Part shown: piece after piece, positions 1 to 9,000 of the stretch
How positions within the stretch are numbered: the stretch's first letter is position 1
How the letters are laid out: every line of letters begins with the position of its first letter
Virus record (IMG/VR): IMGVR_UViG_3300028559_000054
Coordinates: 1-52,391 of that record
Reading direction: 5' to 3' (one strand)
Source of the DNA: a virus
Lineage: Duplodnaviria > Caudoviricetes
DNA: 52,391 nt
The notes under the pieces: model-generated
Told to the model about the DNA's origin: nothing
What the model saw: only the letters and a program-made list of their open reading frames with translations
Databases searched by the model: none
Position numbers and translations under genes: made by a program

Positions 1-84
1 CCTAAACTCAAAGTGGGCTGTGTACTAATATCCATAGAACTTAATTTAAACGCTTTATTTTTAATTAAATATATATATTATATA

Positions 85-90
85 GTGTAA
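85..90 (+). promoter_or_regulatory. GTGTAA putative late-promoter motif
   Basis: TAGTGTAA 10 nt before the ATG at 101; the same hexamer precedes several other operon starts. Confidence 0.55.
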
Positions 91-100
91 TATCTATTAT

Positions 101-616
101 ATGACCACTAAAATTGTTGATATTGCAGATGAGATATATCGCGAATTAAACGAGCCAACTGACATTAGTATCTCTAGTATAGCTTTTTGGCTTAGAACCA
201 ATATTGGCGATCTCAATATTTTAATTAATAAAAAATTCTATATTGTTGAGAACACACTAGAGGTGGGTGTCGAAGAAAATAGCGGAGATAGCTTTGGAAA
301 CATAGAAAAAAGTATATTTAAAATGCTTTTTAGCATTCATTACTACGAAAGACTTTTTAGAAATGCTCTTGGCGCTGCAAGCACAGATAGCGTAATAAGC
401 GTAACAGACGATGGTAGTACAGTAGTTAAAATTAACAAAAATGAATTAGCAAAAAATTATGCATCTCTTAGAAAACAAATAAATGATGAATTAAATATGC
501 TAACTAAAAATTATAATCTTAATGAAGCAAAACCATTACAAGTGGCTGGAGATGATACAATTCCATCTCCGTATTATAGTCAAACTTATAATGTACCAAG
601 AACAATAAGCGAATAA
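101..616 (+). CDS. putative head-tail adaptor/neck protein
   Basis: 171 aa helical ORF, first of the genes before the tail tube; call rests on synteny. Confidence 0.45.
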   Translation: MTTKIVDIADEIYRELNEPTDISISSIAFWLRTNIGDLNILINKKFYIVENTLEVGVEENSGDSFGNIEKSIFKMLFSIHYYERLFRNALGAASTDSVISVTDDGSTVVKINKNELAKNYASLRKQINDELNMLTKNYNLNEAKPLQVAGDDTIPSPYYSQTYNVPRTISE

Positions 617-617
617 T

Positions 618-1067
618 ATGCCTAGTCTACTAACAGAAGTAGAAAAAAATAATTTAACTCCTTTACTTGAGGATTTATTTGATACTTTCGCTAGAGATAT
701 CATTGTTCATAAAGAACCAAAAAAAATTATAATAAACCCATCTACAAATTCTTTAATTGGCTACGACGATAATTCAAATGAAAATAACTTTACATATGTT
801 CCAGAAAAACAAACATTTAAAGCTAAAGTTAAATATGAGAATGCACAAGATATCGAAGCTTCAAAAACACTAGAAGGTTTTCCAAATTTATTAACTCAAG
901 GTTTAGTAAAAATTAAAGTTAGAAAAGACGCAAAAGATTATATTTCAGACGGCAAAGTGGAAAGAATAGAGATTGACGGAAGGTCATTTAATTTAATCAC
1001 AGAAGCAGCAGTAAAAAGATTTTTTAATGTTACGTTTTATGTTTATTTTCTAAAGGAAACAAAATAA
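618..1067 (+). CDS. putative head-closure (stopper) protein
   Basis: 149 aa, beta-rich, with RIEIDGRSFNL typical of head-closure barrels; synteny. Confidence 0.5.
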   Translation: MPSLLTEVEKNNLTPLLEDLFDTFARDIIVHKEPKKIIINPSTNSLIGYDDNSNENNFTYVPEKQTFKAKVKYENAQDIEASKTLEGFPNLLTQGLVKIKVRKDAKDYISDGKVERIEIDGRSFNLITEAAVKRFFNVTFYVYFLKETK

Positions 1068-1633
1068 TGGGTAAGGTAAATGTAAAATTTGATAGAATAC
1101 CTAGGAAAAGCAAGTCTTTTCAAAAGAAAAGTCACGACTTGGTAGTAAAAAAATATGAAGATAACAAAGATTTATTTTTTAAAGAAGTAGATGTTCATCC
1201 AATTACTCAAGAGATTGCTGGCGGACCAGACGCTAGTAATACATCTAATACTTTAGATGGCAAAGGAAATCTTTTTAGTTTTATTGGTTTTAATAAATCT
1301 GAATTTCCTATTGAAGATTTAATGAACGCTTTGGAAAAAAGTTTTTCTATAAAAAAACAAGAGAGAAAAGACAGAAATAGATATATAATTAATTTTGCTA
1401 CTTTGGATAAAATTAAAAATTTAACCAAGATGCCTTGGGAATCAGGCAATAGTTGGGTAGCCAGAATAGAAAAAGGAATATCTGGATTTAGCAATTATAT
1501 GTACAAAAAATTTGAAACTTCTAGATCTGGTTCTGCAATTCAATCTAAAAATAATGTAAGAGGTGGATCTTATAAGAAGACTAGTTATTTAACAGAAATA
1601 ATTAATCATTTTATATCTAACATGAAAAAATGA
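1067..1633 (+). CDS. putative neck/tail completion protein
   Basis: 188 aa basic ORF between the stopper-like and terminator-like genes; TAATG coupling. Confidence 0.4.
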   Translation: MGKVNVKFDRIPRKSKSFQKKSHDLVVKKYEDNKDLFFKEVDVHPITQEIAGGPDASNTSNTLDGKGNLFSFIGFNKSEFPIEDLMNALEKSFSIKKQERKDRNRYIINFATLDKIKNLTKMPWESGNSWVARIEKGISGFSNYMYKKFETSRSGSAIQSKNNVRGGSYKKTSYLTEIINHFISNMKK

Positions 1634-2475
1634 AAGCTCAATTAGATAACATTTTAATGTCTAGTATGATTTATTGGATGGACAATACCTTACTTCTAAA
1701 AGGTGAAGCTTTTACTAATTTTGCTGGTAAATTTTATGAAATTAAAAATCTCTATACTAATTTATATACATATGGATTGCCATTCAAACAAATTGTAGCA
1801 GATAATACTATAACTGGCGCTAATTTATTATCTGGAGTTTATATTAATAATACTTTTGTTACAGTCGGTCAAAGCGGTTTAAGTGGAATTAATCCAAATC
1901 AAGGCCAAGTATATTTTAGTACAGATCAATCATCTAATCAACTTAGCGGAAAATACGCTGTTAAAGATTTTAATTTATACTTAACATCAAAAGCCGAAGA
2001 GGAAATATTATTTGAAACGCAATATAAAATAAGACCAAAAACTACTCAAGACCTAACTGGTTTGGCTCCAAATTTTATAACTTGCCCAGCTATTTTTATT
2101 AAAAATAATGGTGGTGTAAATGAGCCATTTGGTTTTGGAGGAGAGGACAGAACTGAAATGGACATTAGAGCTATCATATTATCGGATACAATATACAATT
2201 TAGATGCTGTTATATCTATATTTAGAGACAAGGCCAGAACGTATATACCCTTAGTTAATATCTCTGAAAGCCCATATAATTCATTAAATTCAATAAATAA
2301 TGGATATTATAGCTATAATAGCTTTTGTACAGGCAAAATAGGCACAATTAATTCATTCTTTATAGATTCTGTATCAGTTAGCAAAATACCTAATTTTGAC
2401 AATAAATTGAATCCAGATATATTCGCTGGATTTATAGACTTTACAATAAGTAATATAAGATATCCAAGAGTATAA
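1630..2475 (+). CDS. putative tail terminator/completion protein
   Basis: 281 aa directly before the tube gene; CPAIFI...FGFGG...DIRAIIL...GFIDF pattern fits the terminator fold; ATGA overlap. Confidence 0.5.
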   Translation: MKAQLDNILMSSMIYWMDNTLLLKGEAFTNFAGKFYEIKNLYTNLYTYGLPFKQIVADNTITGANLLSGVYINNTFVTVGQSGLSGINPNQGQVYFSTDQSSNQLSGKYAVKDFNLYLTSKAEEEILFETQYKIRPKTTQDLTGLAPNFITCPAIFIKNNGGVNEPFGFGGEDRTEMDIRAIILSDTIYNLDAVISIFRDKARTYIPLVNISESPYNSLNSINNGYYSYNSFCTGKIGTINSFFIDSVSVSKIPNFDNKLNPDIFAGFIDFTISNIRYPRV

Positions 2476-2540
2476 AAAGTGTTCTCTTAACTATAATTTA
2501 GATGTAATCTTAAGAAAGATTTCTAAAGGAGAAAAACAAA

Positions 2541-3608
2541 ATGGCAAATAGAAAAAGAGTAATTTATCAAAGTGAAGCACTTTTCGTAGGTGCAACTGGA
2601 AATGCTAGTCCGAAGCAATTAAATCGTGTACAAAGTGCAAATTATAGTTTCGACATCACAAGACAAGATATTAATCAATATGGACAACTTGCAGCTATCG
2701 ACAGGATTATCCTAGAGCAACCAACAGTAAGTATTGATTTTACTTATTACGCAAATTCTGGAGAAAATGAAGCAAATCTAGGCTTTACTCTAGGCGCAAA
2801 TAAAAGTGCGTTAGCAGACATTTTATCTGGTAACAAAGATGTTAATAATTATTATATCTTGATCTCACCAGAAGGCACAGATGCAAATATTGATAAGGTA
2901 GAAGCAACTGGCAATGGAAAAGTCATTGGTATTGGCAATGCAGGATTAACATCTTATTCAATCGAAGCATCGGTAGGAGATCTTCCAACCGTATCAGTAA
3001 ATGCTGAAGGATTAAATATGAAATTCTATAGTGCTTCAACTGGTTTTTCTCCTCATGTTATACCAGGTGACGGTACTTCTAATAATACTCAATTATTCTC
3101 AATTCCACTGCCCTCAACTGGCGATGGATTTTCAGCTTTACGCCCAGGAGATATAGCATTCACGGTCACTGGCGTAGGTATATCTGTGAGTGATCTAAAA
3201 GTACAAAGTTTCAATATCTCAGCTGACATTGGCAGAGATCCAATTCAAAAATTAGGAAGTCGTTATGCATTTACTCGCGAAATCACATTCCCAGTAACAG
3301 TAACCGCTTCTGTTGAAGCAATTGTTGGTGATATCGCAGACGGAACAAGTAACTTGTTAGCTTTGAGCGATATTATATGTAGCGATACTGCTGATTATGA
3401 TCTAGCATTCACTTTAAATAAACCAGCTACAACATGCGGTGCTGCTCCTGTTCAAGCTGTTAAATATATATTAAAAGGTGCTAAACTTGATAGTCAACAA
3501 ATTAGCTCATCAATTGGAGATAACAAAAGTGTTAGTCTAACGTTCAGTACTCAAATCGGTGGACCAACAGATACTACAAAGGGATTGTTTATCGAAGGTC
3601 CTGCGTAA
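2541..3608 (+). CDS. major tail tube protein
   Basis: 355 aa, strong SD (AAGGAG), two tube-like beta repeats (RVQSANYSFDITRQDINQYG and KVQSFNISADIGRDPIQKLG), followed by a terminator, upstream of the TMP. Confidence 0.75.
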   Translation: MANRKRVIYQSEALFVGATGNASPKQLNRVQSANYSFDITRQDINQYGQLAAIDRIILEQPTVSIDFTYYANSGENEANLGFTLGANKSALADILSGNKDVNNYYILISPEGTDANIDKVEATGNGKVIGIGNAGLTSYSIEASVGDLPTVSVNAEGLNMKFYSASTGFSPHVIPGDGTSNNTQLFSIPLPSTGDGFSALRPGDIAFTVTGVGISVSDLKVQSFNISADIGRDPIQKLGSRYAFTREITFPVTVTASVEAIVGDIADGTSNLLALSDIICSDTADYDLAFTLNKPATTCGAAPVQAVKYILKGAKLDSQQISSSIGDNKSVSLTFSTQIGGPTDTTKGLFIEGPA

Positions 3609-3630
3609 TATATTAATAAAATATTATAAA

Positions 3631-3666
3631 ACTAGAAAACCCCACTTTATAGTGGGGTTTTTTAGT
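3631..3666 (+). terminator. Rho-independent terminator
   Basis: AAAACCCCACT-TTAT-AGTGGGGTTTT hairpin with T tract right after the tube gene. Confidence 0.85.
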
Positions 3667-3670
3667 GTAA
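3665..3670 (+). promoter_or_regulatory. GTGTAA putative late-promoter motif
   Basis: TTTAGTGTAA at the 3' edge of the terminator, 26 nt before ATG 3697. Confidence 0.55.
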
Positions 3671-3696
3671 AGACAGGTAAGGCAAAAGGTTGTATT

Positions 3697-3972
3697 ATGG
3701 AGAAAGATCCTAAATTAAAGGAATTTATTCTATTCCAAATAAATAGAAATATTATATTACTTTATAAAAGATATTTAAATCTTGTAGAAGATCTACAAGA
3801 AGAGCATGTTAATATGCTTAATAAGTTAAATAAGAAGGTAGATCTAGAGACATTAAAAAATGTTGATTATTTTGATGAAAATAGGTATAATTACTTAAGA
3901 AAAAAAGTATTAGATTTAGGAAATGAAACATTAAGAGAAATAGATAAAACATTAGATTTTTTAAAAGGATAA
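3697..3972 (+). CDS. hypothetical protein (91 aa; start revised from 3559)
   Basis: the longer ORF crosses the tube gene and terminator; ATG 3697 follows AAGG motifs. Confidence 0.65.
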   Translation: MEKDPKLKEFILFQINRNIILLYKRYLNLVEDLQEEHVNMLNKLNKKVDLETLKNVDYFDENRYNYLRKKVLDLGNETLREIDKTLDFLKG

Positions 3973-3973
3973 A

Positions 3974-4243
3974 ATGAGACTTAAGAAAATAGTACATAAT
4001 TTTAATACAGAGGATACGATTAAAATGAATCTTTGCACCCAAAGCGCACAGAAAGTCTTAAAAGACAAATTTGGGGTTTTTAACTATAATTTTGATACTA
4101 TATTTAGCAATAAGTATATCGTCAATTATCTTAAATGGGATAAAGAAAAACAAAAAGAGTTCATTATTACAATCGGTGGTAAAATTAATTTTAAAAAAAC
4201 TAAATTCTTAATTGAAAACAAACTAGGAGAAATTACTAAATGA
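3974..4243 (+). CDS. hypothetical protein
   Basis: 89 aa ORF tightly packed in the operon. Confidence 0.55.
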   Translation: MRLKKIVHNFNTEDTIKMNLCTQSAQKVLKDKFGVFNYNFDTIFSNKYIVNYLKWDKEKQKEFIITIGGKINFKKTKFLIENKLGEITK

Positions 4244-5037
4244 AAGCTGATAAATTTTTATATGAATTTAAAATGAATAAACCTTCTGAGGTAGAAGAGA
4301 CAGAGATTTCTAAGAACGAAAATGGAGAAGAGGTCAAAACCACTAAAAAAATAAAAAAAGAAATTCCAGTACATTTTAGAATAATCAAACCTAATAGGAA
4401 ACTCTTTGATGAAGCAGAATTATTTTATGGGGTTAAACTTTCTGAGGGAATTAAAGCTGGCCTACTAACGAAGTCTTTATTAGCTAAAAGGTATCAAAAT
4501 GACGGCGGGGCAATGAGCGATGTAGAAAAGCAAAAATATTCTACGCTATATTTAGATCTTTATAGGGTTCAAAGTGAACTTCAAAGATTAGAGTTAAATT
4601 TAGATAACTTAGCCAAAGAAGAACAAGATAAAAAGATCGAACAACTTGTAACTGAAATGTCTCAAACAAAAAGAGAATTACAAGAAATTGAAAATTATCA
4701 TTCTACATTATTTGATCAAACCGCAGAAAATAGAGCCAGAAATCAAACTATCATGTGGTGGGTTCTTAATTTAAGTTATTTATCAGAAGATAATAATGAT
4801 TACAAAGCGTTTTTTAGTGATGGAGATTATGCTAAAAAATTAGATGTGTATGATGCATTCGAGGAAATGGATGAAGACTTCAACAAGAAATCTATGATAA
4901 AATTAGCATACTTTATAAGTTTATGGTACATGGGTAGAGTTTCTACATTTGAAGACTTTAAAAATATGGATTCTGCTCTAGAAAAGCCTCAAGAAGTTGT
5001 TCAGAGCCCAGATCAACCAGTCGTAAAGAGTGAATGA
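4240..5037 (+). CDS. putative tail assembly chaperone (coiled-coil), paralog 1
   Basis: between tube and TMP; coiled-coil; shares motifs with the next ORF. Confidence 0.5.
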   Translation: MKADKFLYEFKMNKPSEVEETEISKNENGEEVKTTKKIKKEIPVHFRIIKPNRKLFDEAELFYGVKLSEGIKAGLLTKSLLAKRYQNDGGAMSDVEKQKYSTLYLDLYRVQSELQRLELNLDNLAKEEQDKKIEQLVTEMSQTKRELQEIENYHSTLFDQTAENRARNQTIMWWVLNLSYLSEDNNDYKAFFSDGDYAKKLDVYDAFEEMDEDFNKKSMIKLAYFISLWYMGRVSTFEDFKNMDSALEKPQEVVQSPDQPVVKSE

Positions 5038-6025
5038 TCTTTATCAAGAATTAAATTTTACTAGAAAATTATATCGAGATATTCTCGATGGTTTTACGAT
5101 TTTTGCATTAAGCGACAAAAAAGTTAAGATCAAGCATCTAAGCGAAAAAGAGCTTTGCGAAACAAACGAAGTCTATTTAAATTCTTATAATAGCGCCAAA
5201 AAATCAGGCCTATTAACTGAAAAAGATAAAATAAAAATTTTTTGTGATGACAAAGTCTGGTCTGAAGAAAAAGAAAATGAACTTAAATCTTTAAACTCTG
5301 ACTTATCCTTAAAAAAAACTACATTAAGTAAACTATTTATTCAATCTCAAATTAAAAGTTTAAAGAGTGAAATTAAAGTAATAGAAGATAAATTAAAACA
5401 AATTACCGAAGAAAGAGAAGACCTTCTTGAACTAACAGTAGAAAATTTTGCTTTTAAGAAATCAAATCAATATGTAATCTATTTGTCTCTGCATAAGGAT
5501 GATGAATCAAGACTATTTAATTCTATAGAAGAATTTGAAGATTTGGACGAGGCTAAATTAATTGGTTTTATATATATTTATAAAGATTTTATTCAAATGT
5601 TTAATCTAGAAAACATTAAAAAATTAACTGTATCACCATTTTTTATGAATACATTTTTTCTTTGTGAGGACAACATATTTTCATATTATGGCCAACCAAT
5701 AGTTAATTTAAGTAAAAACAAAATAGACCTATTCTCTATAGCTAAAAATTATAAACACTATTTAATTAAATCAGAAGGAAATCCTCCAGATAATTATGAA
5801 TCTTTAGAAGAATTAGTAGCTTGGTATGAGAATAGGCCAAGCCTAAACTCTTTAAAAGACAAAAATAAAGATAAACTGGGTCAAAGCTATATAGGAGCCA
5901 CAAGAGAAGAGTTAATGAATATCGCCTCAAACTCAAAAGAAGAAGTCTTAGATTTATCCGAAGAAGCTAAAAAAGCTGGAGGAGACTTGTCCTTTGAGGA
6001 AATATTAAAAATCCACGGAATATAA
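5030..6025 (+). CDS. putative tail assembly chaperone (coiled-coil), paralog 2
   Basis: immediately upstream of the TMP; GTG start overlaps the previous gene. Confidence 0.5.
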   Translation: MNDLYQELNFTRKLYRDILDGFTIFALSDKKVKIKHLSEKELCETNEVYLNSYNSAKKSGLLTEKDKIKIFCDDKVWSEEKENELKSLNSDLSLKKTTLSKLFIQSQIKSLKSEIKVIEDKLKQITEEREDLLELTVENFAFKKSNQYVIYLSLHKDDESRLFNSIEEFEDLDEAKLIGFIYIYKDFIQMFNLENIKKLTVSPFFMNTFFLCEDNIFSYYGQPIVNLSKNKIDLFSIAKNYKHYLIKSEGNPPDNYESLEELVAWYENRPSLNSLKDKNKDKLGQSYIGATREELMNIASNSKEEVLDLSEEAKKAGGDLSFEEILKIHGI

Positions 6026-6043
6026 TATATTAATATCTTTTTC

Positions 6044-6049
6044 GTGTAA
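6044..6049 (+). promoter_or_regulatory. GTGTAA putative late-promoter motif
   Basis: intergenic, 19 nt before the TMP ATG. Confidence 0.55.
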
Positions 6050-6068
6050 TATTGTAAGAGGATAGTAT

Positions 6069-9000
6069 ATGGCACAAGGCGGAGATAATATCATTATTGA
6101 TGTACTGGGCAACACAAAGCCCTTAGAGAAGGATATCGCTCGGGTAGCTAATCAAGCATTAACATTAAATACCAAAGGGTTTTCTCAACCATTAGGTAAA
6201 ATAACTGGTCAATTAGGTGAATTTGAAAAATCATTAGCTGCTTCAAATGCTCGTGTTATTGCCTTCGGAGCTTCTGCAGGAGCAATTTTTGCTGTCCAAA
6301 AAGCATTTAGTGAGACGATAAAAAGCGTTATACAAGTAGAAAAAGCTTTAACAGATATCAATGTTATTTTAAATGTCAGTGAAAAAAGCTTAAGTCAATT
6401 TGGAAGTAAATTATTTGATATTGCAAAAAATACAGGTTTATCTTTTTCAGAAGTAGCAAAATCAGCCGCAGAATTTTCTAGGCAAGGTTTATCCTTAGAA
6501 GATACGCTAAAAAGAACAAGTGATGCCTTAATTTTGACAAGATTAAGTGGTTTAGATACTGTTAGTAGCGTGGAAGCTTTAACAGCGGCAATTAATTCTT
6601 TCAGCAGTTCAGCACTTAATTCTACAGAAATTGTAAATAAATTAGCTGCAGTTGACGCATCTTTTGCAGTAAGTTCTGCTGATCTTGCGGAATCAATTAA
6701 AAGAGTCGGTAGTTCTGCTTCTGATGTAGGAGTTTCATTTGATCAATTAATTGCATTAGTGACTTCAGCGCAACAAGTAACTTCTAGAGGAGGAAGTGTT
6801 ATTGGAAACAGTTTTAAAACTATTTTTACTAGATTGCAAAGACCTTCTACATTAGACGCTTTAGAGCAAATTGGAGTAGCTACAAAGGATCAAGAAGGAA
6901 ATATATTACCATTAATACAAATTTTAAATCAATTAGCGAAACAATATGATACATTAGGTTCAGTACAAAAAGCTCAGATTGCAGAAACGGTTGGTGGCGT
7001 ATTTCAAATTAACATTTTAAAAGCAACATTAGGTGATTTATCTAAAGAATATTCTATTTACTCAAGAGCATTGGGTATATCTGGTGGAGCAACAGACGAA
7101 GCCAATAGAAGAAATGAAGCATTAAATCAAACCTTATCTGCTACATTAAATAAAACTTTAGTTAATTTGCAAAGCACTTCAACTGAAATTGGAAATTTAG
7201 CTTTTGCCCCAGCATTAGAAAAAGCTCTTGGAGGATTAAATGCTATATTAGAAAATTTTGGTACAAAAGATTCAGAAAATATAGGTGCTAAAATTGGACA
7301 AGGATTATCTACTGGTTTAGGCAATTTTTTAAGTGGTCCAGGTTTATTGTTAGGAGCCGCTTCTTTAATAAAAATTTTTGAAAGATTAACGGTTTTTACA
7401 GCAGATGCTTTTAAACAAATTACTGGATTAAATACTCAAAGTGTTGAACAAAAAACTTTACAAACTCAAATTTTAAATCTAATTGGTAGCAATCCTCAAA
7501 TCATCGAACAAATAAATAAAGGAAATTTAAATACAACATCTCTCCATCAGCAAATATTAAGTTTGATTGAACAAGAAACTATAGCTATGCAAAAACAATT
7601 AGCTGTTGCAAGTTCATTAAGTCAAACTTTAATGGCTTCTGGAGTAAGAGTACCAGCTACTGGACCAATGAAAGGTGCAGCAGTAAAAACGAAAGCTTTT
7701 GGATTTATACCAAATTTAAGTAATAATCAAGAGGTAATGGGAGCAATATTAGGAGGATATGATCCTGGAGATGTTAGAAAGAAATCTATACCAGATTATG
7801 GCACAGTAACTTATAATAGTGCAGAAAAAATTAAAAAATTCCCAGGCATGAAACAACCAGCAATTATGCCCCCAGCATCTAGCTCTGCTGGTGAAATGTA
7901 TAAAAGAAATTTTGAAGCAGCACATGGATTTAATCCATATGCAAATAGTGGATTTGTTCCAAATTTTAAATCAAAAGTTGAGCAACAATATGGTTTTAGA
8001 AACTTATTAAAAGATGATTATATACAATTAGCTGGAGCAGAAGCTAAAATTGCAAAATTAGAAAGAAATAAAAGTCTTCAAAATGATCGTACTATTGTCG
8101 AGCAGAGAGGAGAAGTATTTATCAAAAAAGATAAAAAAAATATTATTACTTCTCAACTCAGAACAACAGAAAGAGATGCAGCAGAAAAAAGAGGTAAAAA
8201 AGAAGGTGGAATGACCAGAAGCAAAAGCGTATTGGTTTATCCAGATCTAGAAGGTGGAAAAGGTTTTCAAGGTGGAGGAAGAGCTAAAGATGGAACATTT
8301 TATAAATTTCCAATTTTTCCATTTCCTGGTGGTAATGAGCAAATACCAGATTTATTATATGATAATGTTTCAACATCTTTAGTCGGTGTAGCAAAAGATT
8401 ATATATCTGGAATTACAAGCCGACCAAATCTTGTAAAGAGCGATCTTTTCGAAAGTTATGTTAGATCAAATTTAAGTCGTAGTGCTGTAGAAGCTTCAAC
8501 TGGTCAAGTTTTTGAATCTGCGATTAAAGCTTCAATCAACAGAGTCAATACGAGTGAAATTGATAATATGGATTTAGATGGTCCTGAAATTAAAGCAATA
8601 GCTTCTAGATTTAAAGGTGCAAAAGGTTTAAGTAGTTTTCAAGATGGAGATTTTAAAAATAGTTTATCTAAAGGTAATTTAGATAGTTTTGCAGATAAAT
8701 TATTATATAAAGATAATAAAAGAAAAACTTCAAAATTTAATGGGTTTATTCCTAACTTCTCTCCAGTTAGTAAAGCTCTAAAAACAGAAAATAAAATGGG
8801 AGGAAAAGGAGTTTTAGATTTTGAACCAGGCCTTGGACTTTATGTTAGAGATCAAAAGACTCAACCAAATTTTAATGCAGTCAAAAAAGACCATCCAGAA
8901 GGAATAGCTTCTGCGGTTAGTAATTCTTTCGCTCTTCAAAAAGGAGCATCGGCTTTAGGATTTGTTCCAAATTTCTCTTCTAATCCATTCTCTGCAACTA

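Noticed and set aside
1-35. Possible minus-strand gene start MDISTQPTLSL at the window edge
   Set aside because: Only 11 codons visible; cannot be supported
3559-3696. N-terminal extension of ORF 3559-3972
   Set aside because: Overlaps the tube gene and spans the terminator; ATG 3697 is the better start
5000-5040. Programmed frameshift between the chaperone-like genes
   Set aside because: No X XXY YYZ heptamer at the junction, and the second gene has its own start
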